Assembly (NCBI GenBank): GCA_964016885.1
Contig: OZ024741.1
Span: 25,606,001 to 25,670,000, forward strand
From: Eledone cirrhosa
Lineage: Eukaryota
DNA: 64,000 bases
Reading direction: 5' to 3'
The translations under genes and the position numbers were made by a program. The notes beneath the pieces are model-generated. The model searched no databases and was not told where the DNA came from. It saw only the letters and a program-made list of their open reading frames with translations. Positions 20,808 through 34,299 of the stretch are shown here, piece after piece; position 1 is the stretch's first letter, and the number at the start of each line of letters is the position of its first letter.

Positions 20808-21586
20808 TATACAAAGCAGATGAAATGTAAATGACAATAGTCTAATAAGTCAGATAAAGTAACCCTGTAGACAGAAAAAGAGGACAGTGCCGTTCATAGG
20901 AACCGAACCATGCATCTGTCATATACTGGATGACCGTGTTTGATCGTGGCATCAAAGTACCAAAATATCTTCAGTAATTGTTGTTGTTGTTTAGCCCAAG
21001 GACAGCCTTGACTTATGATCAAAAATGTTAAAGTCATGATCATCCTGTCTTTTATTTTATGCAGAGTAAGATTTCACAGCACTAGCATCACACCTTCATA
21101 GTCAGCCTATGAACTTTTCAGCTGACCCTCGTATAAATTGATGTAAAATCTGTATTGAAGTTTTTCAACATGTCAAATGGAAATGCTTCATTAAGTAAGA
21201 GTGCAGGAATGGTTATGTGGTTAAGGAATTTGTTTTGCAACCACAAGGTTCTGAGTTTAATCCCACTGTGCAGCACTTCAGGCAGGTGTTTTCTACTATA
21301 GATTTGTGTTTACTAATACTTGAGAGTGGAATTTGGTCGAGAGAAAGTGTAGCCTGTCACATACTTTCATCTTATTGTAATGTAGAATATAAACATTATA
21401 GAGAGAGAAATGAAAACTGATGCTTCACAAATGAAGCCCCTTGCACCATGTTTAGAAGTCTTTATCAGGCTTTGGACCAGTGAATGGTCTACTGGAATTT
21501 TATACCAAAATTAGGATCATCACCATTTACACCTGTTTTTCAATACTGGCATGGGTTGGATGAGTTGTCACAAACCAAGTCAGACC

Positions 21587-22555
21587 TTAACCAGAGCTAC
21601 AGTCCTCCCAGATGAGCCAAGGACCATATCTTGACTTAACCAGAGCTACAGTCTTCCCAGATGAGCCAAGGACCATATCTTGACTTAACCAGAGCTACAG
21701 TCCTCCCAGATGAGCCAAGGACCATATCTTGACTTAACCAGAGCTACAGTCCTCCCAGATGAGCCAAGGACCATATCTTGACTTAACCAGAGCTACAGTC
21801 TTCCCAGATAAGCCAAGGACCATATCTTGACTTAACCAGAGCTACAGTCCTCCCAGATAAGCCAAGGACCATATCTTGACTTAACCAGAGCTACAGTCCT
21901 CCCAGATGAGCCAAGGACCATATCTTGACTTAACCAGAGCTACAGTCCTCCCAGATGAGCCAAGGACCATATCTTGACTTAACCAGAGCTACAGTCCTCC
22001 CAGATGAGCCAAGGACCATATCTTGACTTAACCAGAGCTTCAGTCCTCCCAGATGAGCCAAGGACCATATCTTGACTTAACCAGAGCTACAGTCCTCCCA
22101 GATGAGCCAAGGACCATATCTTGACTTAACCAGAGCTACAGTCCTCCCAGATGAGCCAAGGACCATATCTTGACTTAACCAGAGCTACAGTCCTGCCAGA
22201 TGAGCCAAGGACCATATCTTGACTTAACCAGAGCTACAGTCCTCCCAGATGAGCCAAGGACCATATCTTGACTTAACCAGAGCTTCAGTCCTCCCAGATG
22301 AGCCAAGGACCATATCTTGACTTAACCAGAGCTACAGTCCTCCCAGATGAGCCAAGGACCATATCTTGACTTAACCATAGCTACAGTCCTCCCAGATGAG
22401 CCAAGGACCATATCTTGACTTAACCAGAGCTACAGTCCTCCCAGATGAGCCAAGGACCATATCTTGACTTAACCAGAGCTACAGTCCTCCCAGATGAGCC
22501 AGGTGCCTTAACCAGAGCTCCAGTCTTCCCAGAAGAGCCAGGGACCATATCTTAC
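21587..22555. repeat. 49-bp minisatellite (TTAACCAGAGCTACAGTCCTCCCAGATGAGCCAAGGACCATATCTTGAC)
   Basis: About 19-20 nearly identical head-to-tail copies with no spacers. Confidence 0.97.
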
Positions 22556-22727
22556 TTCCATACTTGTTAGTTTCACCATGGTTTCTACAGTTTAATGTTC
22601 TTCCTATAATCAACCCCTTTATAGACTGTACAGACTTTATTTCATTGTGGAACCAACACTTAGGAGTTGCCCTGTCTCCGACACAACTAAAGACTCCCCT
22701 GAAATAAAACAAAATGTTGATACTTAC

Positions 22728-22794
22728 CACATTTTTGGCAACATGGAGCAAACAGTACATGGAAATCATGTTCACAGTACTTCCGTCCTTCAAA
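22728..22794 (-). CDS. LIMS1: PINCH/LIMS coding exon (LIM1 end): [22 protein letters not shown](G)
   Basis: ttttcAG acceptor and GTAAGT donor; 67 nt, phase 0/1; hallmark PINCH peptide. Confidence 0.97.
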
Positions 22795-24049
22795 CTGAAA
22801 ATAATAATATTAATAATGAAGTAAAACACATGAAAGTGTGGAAAAAAGGACGTAAAAATGATGACGATGATGGTGATGAGATGACGAAGATGGTGGTGAT
22901 GGTGACAATGGTGGTGGTGGTGATGATGATGATGATGCGGTGGTGATATGATGATGGTGATAATGATAATGATAAAACATTTGAATTTGAGGAAAGTGAC
23001 CTTCATTGACCTTCTCTTTCTTTTGTCTCAAGTCTGGAGGCTCACCAGATTGGTGCTTATCTCAGTTTCCTCAGTGTTAAGTGAATAAAACCACAACACA
23101 CCCTCTTGGACAGGACACCAGTCCATTGCAGGGTTAACTCCCAGCTACTGCCAGAACTCATTTTCAGTGGAGTGGACTGGAGTAATGTAAAACAAAGTGT
23201 TCTTCTCAAGAAGACAACACACAATCTAGTCCACAAATTGAACCCATGATATTATAATTGTAATGCCAACACCCTAACCACTAGGCCATGTGCCTTCCCA
23301 AAAATAATTAGTAAATATAAAAGGTCTGCTACGTAGAATAAAATATTTTGTTATCAAGGAGAGGAGAACTTTGTCGTTCAGTAGGACTGTTTATTGGAAA
23401 GAGAATAAATGTTTGTAATAAACAAGAGTTAAGAAGCAGTAGGAAGATTTGAAATGTGTCCATCCCAACACAAATGACCAAAATAAATATATACCATCAC
23501 TCTAAAATCTGGTAAAGTACCCCTGGAAACATAAAAAAAGTAGACCAAGGGGCCGCTAACATCTTTTTTCCATCTCCAGGTGTACATTATCTGATTTCTC
23601 AATTATTATTATGATACCAGTAATACACTGGGGTTGATTTAATCAACTTTCCCATCCCCAAAATTGTTTACCTTGTGCCTAATTCAGAATGGTCATGTTG
23701 CCAATAGAAAGAAACACACACATCATATATTTTTCACTTTATCTTTATTGTTTGTTATTCATTATTCATTTGTTTGTCAAAATTCTTTCAGCACAAATTC
23801 TGTGACCTCCTCAATGATTAACTGTTTTGTGTCTCCTCTTTTTACTGGTCGTAAACTTCTACAGAATGTGTGACGAAAGAACTTTGACAAACAAATATAT
23901 GGTGCATGTTTCTTTCTATTGACAATATTGCCAATATGACCATCCCCAAATATAACAATATTGGTTTCAACACAAGATTTCACATCAAGAATCTTGTAGA
24001 ACAAATACATAAACATTATTATTATCATTTGTACATATTTCTAAACAAT

Positions 24050-25060
24050 AATTGTTTCTATTTTTGGCACAAGGCCAGCAAATACCCAGTGTATTACTGG
24101 TACTTTATTTTATCGACCCCATAAGGATGAAAGACAAAGTTAACCTCGGCGGAATTTGAAATCAGAATGGCAAGGGCCGTAACTCTATGCGTCAAAGCAT
24201 GGCGTCCGACCCTCTACCGATACTGCCAATCCACCGCCTTTTTTAAACAATAATAATATTGCATGACAAACAAAGTAAGTTTTTTTAGCAAGACTTTAAC
24301 TAATTTTAGGGAGTTCTTTCTGAATATGATGTCAGTTTAGCTCCATCACATCTAGATTTTAGGGAGTTCTTTTTGGATATGAAATTAGTTTAGCGCCATC
24401 ACATCTAGATTTGAGCTACAAGATACCCCCTATATACCCCTAGAAACCAAACCAATATCAATTCTTTATGAACAAGACACGGTCATCCATTTAAACTGGT
24501 TTGTCTCACAACAGGACAGCTCATCTAACCTATGCTAGCATGGAAAATGGACATTAAATGGTGATGATGATGATACTAAATTTACAGAAATGTGATGTAT
24601 GTCAAGTGTTCCTGTCTTTTAGGAATGTTTTTGATTGTTCTGTGCCAACATTGAGAGAGAGAGAGAGCTGTAAAAGTAGATATAACCTATATTAGGTCAT
24701 GTCTATTTTTAGAACACTCTCAATGAGACAGCTTGGATGTAAGGACCAAATGGATGATAAGGATTTTGAAATTACTCATTCATACCCCAAAATAAGTCAA
24801 GAATTTGATGTCTTAATCCAAGGAACCATAACAATAATAACAATAATAATAATGGTTTCTTATACATGCACAAGGCCACCAATTTTAGGGGAGGGGAAAG
24901 TCGATTAAATCGACCCTAGTGCATAACTGGTACTTTATTTTATCGACCCCGTAAGGATGAAAGGCAAAGGTAACCTCGGCGGAATTTGAACTCAGATCAC
25001 AAAGGGTTGTAATTCTATGCTGCAAAGCATGGTGTCCGACACTCTACCAATTCTGCCAAT
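24050..25060 (-). mobile_element. Two copies (~24050-24240 and ~24850-25060) of a second tRNA-derived SINE family (Meta-domain-like centre)
   Basis: Recurrent block CTGGTACTTTATTTTATCGACCCC.TAAGGATGAAAG.CAAAG.TAACCTCGGCGGAATTTGAA; further copies at ~48845-49030, ~49330-49725 and ~57680-57860. Family assignment is from memory. Confidence 0.65.
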
Positions 25061-25142
25061 CAATAACAACTAATGATAAGATGACTTTCCTGACAATATG
25101 TCAACAGTTACCATTCTAAAGAGGAAAGATCAATGTACCAAC

Positions 25143-25188
25143 CTCGTAGAATATTCCTCCTGGAAAACTCTGGAAACATTGAGCACAT
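25143..25188 (-). CDS. LIMS1: PINCH/LIMS coding exon (LIM1): (V)CAQCFQSFPGGIFYE
   Basis: Polypyrimidine tract plus cccAG acceptor, GTTGGT donor; 46 nt, phase 2/0; joins CFV from exon 49078-49191 to FEGRKYC. Confidence 0.95.
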
Positions 25189-25644
25189 CTGGGAAGAAGA
25201 GAGAAAACAAAAATGGATAATGTAATGGATTGTTTCCATGGTGTGGTGTAGTATGGTGTGGGTGTGGAGTGGAGTGTGTGTGTTTGTGGGTGTATGTGTA
25301 TGTATGTGGTGTGGTGTTTTGTGTGTGTGGATATGTGGTGTGTGGTATGAGTGTGTTGAGTGTTGTATCATTATATGAAACTGATGTGTTGACAAATGTG
25401 TGTTGGACTTCCATCAGATCAGATGACCAGTATCCCAGTTCTCCAATCAATGAAACAGCCTGCTCATGAGATTAATGTACAAGTGGCTGAGCATTCCACA
25501 TGCATGTGCGTCCTTAAATGTAATTATCAGGGAGATTCAGCATAACAAAAAGCCATCCCCCTAGCCCCCTTTGAATTACAGGTACAACTCATTTTTCCAG
25601 TTAAGTGAACTGGAGCAACATGAAATAAAGGGTTATGTTTAACG

Positions 25645-25861
25645 TTAACCCTGTAGCATTTAAACATGCTGTATCCAGCCAGAATTCTCTCCCCCTTTTC
25701 AAACTGGCTGTAACCGGCAGCTCACACTGACATTAAGATATCATCCTTAAAATAAACAATAACAACATCAAAATTTTATAGATTTGATATTATGTGAGAT
25801 GAAGCCTTTACCATGAATATACAATAGTAAATATAGAGTAAAGTAAATGGTAAAGGGTTAA
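25645..25861. mobile_element. piggyBac-type MITE with TTAA TSD on both sides
   Basis: TTAA-CCCTGTAGCATTTA ... TAAATGGTAAAGGG-TTAA. Confidence 0.8.
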
Positions 25862-25894
25862 CGATGCCAAGCAACTTAACACACACACACAATA

Positions 25895-26159
25895 CAGGCT
25901 GAGCATAAAGTCTTTCCCTTTTTGTTTCATAGATACCATTTTGTTACTGAAAATTACAACTACTTCCTGTAGAAGAGAAAATTACAACTACTTCCCATAG
26001 AAGAGAAAATTACAACTACTTCCTGTAAAAGAGAAAATGTAAAACATGTTCAGAAAAACTTTAAACTTTAAATTTATAAATTAAAACAATGAAAAAGTAA
26101 AATCTCAAATAGTATCCGATATATGGTATTTTATAATCAGGGAAATACTGTTCACCCTG
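25895..26159. mobile_element. Tc1/mariner-type MITE (TA target)
   Basis: TA-CAGGCTGAGCATAAAGTCTTTCCCT ... AGGGAAATACTGTTCACCCTG-TA, degenerate TIRs. Confidence 0.55.
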
Positions 26160-26814
26160 TATATGCAACTAAATCATATAGACCCAGGGATCATAAAGTA
26201 AACATCTGGACAGCAACTAAATGTTGAACATTTTAAATATCTTATCGCATGAATAACCAGCCCAGAAAAAGGATGTCAACTAAAGAAAGTCAATGGCAAG
26301 TACGTATGCCATGAATGGTAAAAGTGGAAGTCACCTCTGATAAAGAGTAATAAATATCAGGCTCTGTTTAGCAATGGTTATCTTGTTATATGGTTGAGAA
26401 ATATGGACAATCACACAGAAGCTTCAAAACCAGCTAGATGGAATATACTCCTGTATGTTATGGATGGTTTTTAACCACCTGGAAGAGCTACACCACCAAC
26501 ACAGAACTAATGGTCTGCTAAAGTTAAGTGGAAAGATAGTTCAACAAAGATTGTGTTTGGCAAGGCAGTGTGAGACATCTTGAAGAAATAGGCTCAAATC
26601 TGGTGTTATGGCAGCTAATAATTGGGTGGATAAACTGTGAGACAACCCACTATACTTTATACACACATACATGCATATATATATATATTCACACACATAT
26701 ATATATATATACACACACATGCACACACAAACATATCATCATCCTTTTACATCCCCATTCCACTCTTGTACAGGTTACACAAACCAAGACCAGATGGGTT
26801 GGACTATATATATA

Positions 26815-27559
26815 CAGTCGAGTCCGCTTAAGAGTATACCCTCAGGAATGGAAAATAGTATACTCTTAACCGGACTATACTCTTATCCGGACTAAGTAAA
26901 AATATTCCATAGTATTATTATTTTGAGTCTTTCAATGATTAAAAATCGCTTTATTATCGTTTAAAATGCATTTATAAGTAAAAAAAATGAAAGTTACAAC
27001 AAGAATTATTGCAAATTATAGATAAATTAAGCAATATTTCAACATATTGGTATGCAATTTGGTGAAACCATTTTATGAGTGCATCTTCCAATCCTTGATG
27101 ATCAACTGATCTACATTTCGCATGCAAATTCGCATTTGATAGAGCCAATTTTCAATATTTTTTCTCGTTTTTTTTTTTATTCTGGAGATGGCTGCTTGAC
27201 TGCAATTGAATTTGTTAGACAATTCATTTTGTGACTTGGCGGATTTTAATTCATCCAAAATAACAATTTTTTGAGTAATGGATAAAGCAGAGCGTTTCAA
27301 AGACATTTTTATGACACAATGAATTATTATTTTTGTATTTGCATATATTAAACTTTAAATTGCTTTTAGAATGGTTGTATAAATGACATCATCGCATTTC
27401 ATTTTGAATTGTTTTAAAATGGTTATGTTACATTATAAGCCCAATTTACTTTACCGTATTAATTATACTCTTATTCGGACTAAATTATATAGAAAATATA
27501 TAAACGGGAATTGATTATGCTATACTCTTATCCGATATACTCTTAAGCGGACTCAACTG
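26815..27559 (-). mobile_element. pogo/Tigger-type internally deleted DNA transposon
   Basis: 24-bp TIRs CAGT(C/T)GAGTCCGCTTAAGAGTATA with TA flanks, subterminal TATACTCTTA.CCG repeats, and remnant ORF 27073..27306 resembling a CENP-B/psq-type HTH (KRSALSITQKIVIL...LSNKFNCSQAAISRIKK). Confidence 0.88.
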
Positions 27560-28192
27560 TATATATATATATAATCATCATCATCGTTTAATGTCTATCT
27601 TCCATGCTAGCATGGGTTAGACGGGAGTTGCCCCACTTTAGGCAAGATTGGTCGGGTGACCGTGTCTTGTTCGTATAGGACTATTTGGCAGGTTTTCTAT
27701 GGCTGGATGCCATTTCTAACACCAACCACATTTGGACTGGGAACTTTTTACCGTGTTTCCCACATGACCACATTACAGCGTGGACTGTGTTTTTTTTTTT
27801 GTTTGTCGTGACACGTACACGATCTCTTTAGTTTGGACTGGATGTTGTGGTACCAACATAACTTTATCGAGAAAGAGTGGTGTTGGCGGGAGTGGGAGGA
27901 TGGAGTGGGGTAGTGGTTTGGGGTGTATGTTTGGATATATATATATATATGTATATAAAAGTTGACATCTGGAACGGCATCCAACTGTAAAACATTTACA
28001 CAAAATTCCGATCGAAACCCTGCCATCATGGAAAAGTCGATGTATGAGCAATGATAATGAATATATATGTGTATGTCTGTGTGTATTTGTATTGTTTTTT
28101 GCGGTCAAATGTTTTTCATAAACATCCTGTATACAACACGTACATACATGTATATAACGCTATGTTGGAGCACCTATACTAAATTCTATTTA

Positions 28193-29111
28193 TCTACTTA
28201 TATATATAACCAGCAATTTCTCTGTCTGTCTGTCCGACAGTGGAAACACGTGCGTAGAGAGAGAGTGAGAGTGAAAGAAAGAGACAGACTATGAGAGGGG
28301 GATAGCGGGAGGGAGAGAGAGAGAGAGTGAATAGCCGCTAAAACACGTGCTACAGAAATATTACCTTCCCCTCTCCACTGACTTTGGTCACTGAGGCCGA
28401 GGGAATCGCTGGTTGCTATAGAGACACCTTGCACAAGCCAGAAGTAACCATTTCGAGGCGGTTCTGACTTGACACCATGCGAAGAAGGTTGCCATTGAAT
28501 TTGTGGTTTGAAGAAGGTTGCCATTGAATTTGTGGTTGTTGCTGCTGATAATAAGGACCATTTGAAAAAGGTTGCTGCTGATGAGGTAATTTATTAATCA
28601 GATTGCGCAGTTCCATAACCTACGTTTGATTTGTTCAATTTCTTTTTTTTTTTTTTTTTATTTCTTATTGAAAAAATATAAATAATAAAATAAGGTTATA
28701 AATTTAAATACAATTAAATACGATTTAATTTCCATTTCCAGCAGCCAATGTCCAGTGTTCAATTTCATGAAAAAATTGGAAATAATTCAAAAAATTGAAG
28801 TTTAACTTTTGAACATTTGTTTTGACAATAAAAAAATATTTCCTTATTCACACCTAATGGTATGATTAAAATTTCATAGGAATATTTTTTTCTAACCGCC
28901 AGTTATTTATTTTCTCCTTTTTCGTTTTAACATATATTTATTTCAAAGATTTCACCGTATAGAAAATATATATATTTATACATGCATAAAAGACACACCG
29001 AGAGACGGTGAACATGTGGTGCCAAAAACATTTCTCATCCAAATCTCAACAATATCAGTATATACACTAGATTTGTAGCAGAAAACCGCCCACCGGGTGG
29101 TTTTCTGCTAG
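28193..29111 (+). mobile_element. Non-autonomous Helitron
   Basis: A|TC 5' end followed by TA-rich sequence and (CTGT)n; 3' hairpin TAGCAGAAAACCGCCC...GGGTGGTTTTCTGCTA ending in CTAG|T. Confidence 0.75.
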
Positions 29112-29649
29112 TCTATATATCTAAAACAGAGAATATCTGTCTGTCTGTCCGATCACTAAAACTCGAGAACCACTCAACTGATTGTTTTCAAACTTTACAC
29201 ATGTAATACTTATGGTCCTGTGAGTGTTTTGAGAAAAAAAAAATTCAAATTTTCAATGCCCTAGGCGATTTACCGATCTCTCTCTATAACTCTTAGTCTT
29301 TCTCTTTTTAGATAGATACATAGACATAGCGTTGCGCCCTTATAATATCTGTCTGTATGTCTGATCGTCTGCATTACGACATTATGACGCGGTGTGTGTA
29401 TATATGTATATATATATATATAAACAATTAAGTTAAAGATGTACATCCATATATGTATACTGAAATACTAGTATGTATATGAATACACACACGTATACAT
29501 ATGTAGATGTACCAAGTTTTTTTTCACTGGTCACTTTACTGTGAGTGGCCAGCTATTCTGTATGTAAACACACAGACAAACCGGTTTTTAGAGTCATACT
29601 GGTTTTTGAGGAAACACCTTTCCTCTATTCTCCAGAAAGCCAGACAAGG

Positions 29650-29694
29650 AATATTGAACTAGTTTCGTTGTTGTTACAACTCATCAGCAATATT
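29650..29694 (-). ncRNA. Minimal type I hammerhead ribozyme
   Basis: Minus strand reads AATATTG-CTGATGA-GTTGT AACA ACAAC-GAAA-CTAG-TT-CAATATT: 7-bp stem I, intact core, 5-bp stem II, palindromic stem III. Confidence 0.85.
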
Positions 29695-30119
29695 TACCTA
29701 TCTTCCGGCCTCTCTAGAGAATCGTAAAAGCACATATCGTTATATGCTTTTTCTATGAAAATTAGTAGTGGGCAGACTAATTTGCATAGAGTGTGAGTAA
29801 GTACCGGTTCAACGGAGACGATAAAAACAAATAACGAAACGAAATTAAATTTCGTTTCGTTTGTAACTCACTTTTGTATGACTGACGCTTAAACAATTAA
29901 GTTAAAGATGTACATCCATATATGTATACTGAAATACTAGTATGTATATGAATACACACACGTATACATATGTAGATGTACCAAGTTTTTTTTTCACTGG
30001 TCACTTTACTGTGAGTGGCCAGCTATTCTGTATGTAAACACACAGACAAACCGGTTTTTAGAGTCATACTGGTTTTTGAGGAAACACCTTTCCTCTATTC
30101 TCCAGAAAGCCAGACAAGG

Positions 30120-30164
30120 AATATTGAACTAGTTTCGTTGTTGTTACAACTCATCAGCAATATT
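30120..30164 (-). ncRNA. Minimal type I hammerhead ribozyme (copy 2)
   Basis: Identical to 29650-29694. Confidence 0.85.
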
Positions 30165-30511
30165 TACCTATCTTCCGGCCTCTCTAGAGAATCGTAAAAG
30201 CACATATCGTTATATGCTTTTTCTATGAAAATTAGTAGTGGGCAGACTAATTTGCATAGAGTGTGAGTAAGTACCGGTTCAACGGAGACGATAAAAACAA
30301 ATAACGAAACGAAATTAAATTTCGTTTCGTTTGTAACTCACTTTTGTATGACTGACGCTTAAACAATTAAGTTAAAGATGTACATCCATATATGTATACT
30401 GAAATACTAGTATGTATATGAATACACACACGTATACATATGTAGATGTACCAAGTTTTTTTTCACTGGTCACTTTACTGACGATTCTCTAGAGAGGCCG
30501 GAAGATAGGTA

Positions 30512-30556
30512 AATATTGCTGATGAGTTGTAACAACAACGAAACTAGTTCAATATT
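30512..30556 (+). ncRNA. Minimal type I hammerhead ribozyme (copy 3)
   Basis: AATATTG CTGATGA GTTGT AACA ACAAC GAAA CTAG TT CAATATT read directly on the + strand. Confidence 0.85.
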
Positions 30557-30980
30557 CCTTGTCTGGCTTTCTGGAGAATAGAGGAAAGGTGTTTCCTCAA
30601 AAACCAGTATGACTCTAAAAACCGGTTTGTCTGTGTGTTTACATACAGAATAGCTGGCCACTCACAGTAAAGTGACCAGTGAAAAAAAACTTGGTACATC
30701 TACATATGTATACGTGTGTGTATTCATATACATACTAGTATTTCAGTATACATATATGGATGTACATCTTTAACTTAATTGTTTAAGCGTCAGTCATACA
30801 AAAGTGAGTTACAAACGAAACGAAATTTAATTTCGTTTCGTTATTTGTTTTTATCGTCTCCGTTGAACCGGTACTTACTCACACTCTATGCAAATTAGTC
30901 TGCCCACTACTAATTTTCATAGAAAAAGCATATAACGATATGTGCTTTTACGATTCTCTAGAGAGGCCGGAAGATAGGTA

Positions 30981-31025
30981 AATATTGCTGATGAGTTGTA
31001 ACAACAACGAAACTAGTTCAATATT
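30981..31025 (+). ncRNA. Minimal type I hammerhead ribozyme (copy 4)
   Basis: Identical to 30512-30556. Confidence 0.85.
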
Positions 31026-31320
31026 CCTTGTCTGGCTTTCTGGAGAATAGAGGAAAGGTGTTTCCTCAAAAACCAGTATGACTCTAAAAACCGGTTTGTC
31101 TGTGTGTTTACATACAGAATAGCTGGCCACTCACAGTAAAGTGACCAGTGAAAAAAAACTTGGTACATCTACATATGTATACGTGTGTGTATTCATATAC
31201 ATACTAGTATTTCAGTATACATATATGGATGTACATCTTTAACTTAATTGTTTAAGCGTCAGTCATACAAAAGTGAGTTACAAACGAAACGAAATTTAAT
31301 TTCGTTTCGTTATTTGTTTT

Positions 31321-31440
<120 letters not shown>

Positions 31441-31560
31441 TGTGCAACGTTTTTCGAAATATTTACTTCTGCGTTCACAGATTGATTTTTTAAATTTTAG
31501 TTTCAGAAGATCTCGTTAAGGGTGAAAGCAGCGATTCTTTGCTTAAACTTTAATCTGTTA

Positions 31561-31640
<80 letters not shown>

Positions 31641-33469
31641 TATATTCGTGTACATATATTTTTGCATACACAATAACAAAATATAAACAAACGTATTTAT
31701 TTCACGAGGCTCGATAAGGATAAATATATATCAAATATATAAGAACCATAGAGCAACGCCGGGCCATTCTGCTAGTATATATATATATATCATCATATCA
31801 TCATCATCGTTTAATGTCCATTTTCCACGCTAGCATGATTTTATTAGACATAATAGCAACACTAGATTTTAAGCGATGCAAACATAAACAGAACAGACAT
31901 ACAGAGGGAAATTGGAACAAATTCAATTGTATAAAAATAGATAATTATATGAGCTAATATGTTTATCTTTATTTAAATTAATTAAAGATAAAAATTGTTC
32001 ATTATTATAATTATTTTTGGTAGTTATATATACTATTAAAGAACCCAGGTTTTCACACACACACACACATATTTCATATCAGACAGATATCTATACTCAC
32101 ACACACACACATACTATCCAGACACTTACATCTCAGTTGACACAAAAACATATTTATACACACAAATATGTTTTCCACATACATGGATACATGCAGACAC
32201 AACTTGTTTAAACAAATATTTCTACAAAACCAACTGGAAAATTATCTAAAATTACAGAATCCATCCTTCTCTACATAATAACTGATATTAAATTCTGTAA
32301 ATATACCAACCTTGCTAATTCAAGCTGAAATTTGACAAAAATTCTGATAAAACATTGACTTTTTCTGATAAGAGTTTAGTAAACGTCTTCTGAAGCCTAA
32401 CTTCTTATCATACAGGAGTTTATTCTGTGATGTTAAACAACTAAATGTATAACCCTAGGCCCTAACCCCTTCTAGAAGGGACACCAGTCTGTTGTAAGGT
32501 TATCCAGTTGTGTGAACTAGAGCAACATGAAATGAAGTGTTTCATTTAAAGAGATAATGCACTACTCTGGAGATTGAACCCACAACTAGGCCACATACAC
32601 TTTCACAATAAAACTAAGTGCCTTTATTAAATATACAACCTTTACAGGCAACTATTAATGACTAACATTGGGCAGAAAATATCTAAAAATGGGTTTGTTT
32701 ATTCAAATGTTTAAAGTATCTTTACTGTTGGACAAATTGGCATCAAAATTCACAAATTAGCACAAATAATTTTTTTTCATGCGATGCAGTCATAGTGGTG
32801 TTTTATATTTTTCAAGAAAGATGCAGGCATAGCTATGTGGTTAAGGAGTTCACAATATAGAGTGGTCTTATTTTTTTTTTTCAACTTTTCCAGTACAATA
32901 TGATAATATAACTATATCTTTAATAATTAGCAAAGGAATCTATCTATCTATATATATATTTTTATATAGGCTCCTTTGCCATTTGTTAAAGATAATAGTT
33001 GTATAGTAAAGACAGTATAGGGTGTAATAAAGTATTTGGTATTTGTACTGTGTGAAACTAGTGAATTTAAACTAGTTTTAAAAGATAAACAACCAGTGGT
33101 TTGTGTCTTTCAACAAGTTACCTTTTATGTAACTAAAGCATCTCTGAGAGAGTGGGAAGTGTATATGTATGTATATATTTATATATACACATACACGTGT
33201 ATATATATATGTGTGTTCACACATGCCCTATCTCAACACACTTATGCACACACATACACAGGCACCCACCCATACACACATGCTCCCACCAACACGCACA
33301 CACATGTACCCCACCCACACACACTCATACCAGGGAAGCTGTTTCTTTTGATCACTTTGAGGAGGAAACTTTAGATAATAATAACTGACTGATAATATTA
33401 AGAAGATTTAACATTCTGAGTATGTTTGGAATCCAGTAATTTTGATCAAGAACTGTTTAATAAAAACTA

Positions 33470-33868
33470 CCCAGTCCACACTGTAAAGTGGTCATGTATG
33501 TGTCACGGTAAAAACCACCCAGTACACACTGTAAAGTGGTCGTGTAGGTGTCACGATAAAAACCACCCAGTCCACACTGTAAAGTGGTCATATAGGTGTC
33601 ACGATAAAAAGCACCCAGCACACTGTAAAGTGGTCATATAGGTGTCAATAAAAAGCACCTAATCCACACTGTAAAGTGGTTGTGTTGGTGACATGATAAA
33701 AAGTACCCACTGTAAATATGGTTGGCATTAGGAAGGGCACTCAGCTGTAGAAACCAAGCCAAAATCAGTTCTGTATGAGTAAGACATGGTCACCTGACCA
33801 GGCTTACCTCACAACAGGACAACTCGTCTAACCCATGCTAGTGTGGACATTAAACAGTGATGATGATG
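33470..33868 (+). mobile_element. RTE 3'-UTR fragment with an expanded ~45-bp internal repeat
   Basis: About 5 copies of CCCAGTCCACACTGTAAAGTGGTC.T.TAGGTGTCACGATAAAAA, then RTE tail and (GAT)n. Confidence 0.7.
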
Positions 33869-34299
33869 AGTACAATACTCACATAGCTTGGGTGGTAGCC
33901 AGGAATAAAACAACCTAATCATTTTTGCCTTTAAAAGGCTAATATTACCGTATTTCACTTTGTTGAGGACACCCCAAATTTTGACAACCAAAAATTTGAA
34001 AAACAATAACATAAAAATAAGGTCCCGGCACTTATGTCTTCTTACCTAATTTTTTATGATATTTTGTTTATTGCAGAAGTGAGGAGTGATATGAAATATT
34101 TGCAGCTTCAAAAGACGGAAGTATCGTATAACTGTGTGTTCTGTTTCATCAGTTGTCATGGCACATATCTGCCACTTAGAGGCTTGTTACAACTAGGGAA
34201 TTTTTCTTTGGGGTTAGGATATATCTAAGAGAAACACAACCGTTGGCCTTCAGGATGCATGGTAGATTTTTGAGACTTATTTTTGGAAAAAAATAGCAT

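Noticed and set aside
21587-22555. CRISPR-like regular repeat
   Set aside because: Units are contiguous with no unique spacers, there are no cas genes, and the context is eukaryotic; it is a minisatellite.
22479-23031. His-rich 175-aa ORF and overlapping ORFs
   Set aside because: Derived from a (GAT/GGT)n tract; the real coding sequence here is the 67-nt PINCH exon in another frame.
28416-28616. Gln-rich ORF inside a Helitron as a captured host gene
   Set aside because: Short, low-complexity and partly built from an internal repeat; no recognisable homology or splice structure.
29545-31130. Four identical 60-63-aa ORFs (MASYSVCKH...)
   Set aside because: GTG start, no recognisable domain, and antisense to the hammerhead strand; by-product of the 470-bp repeat.
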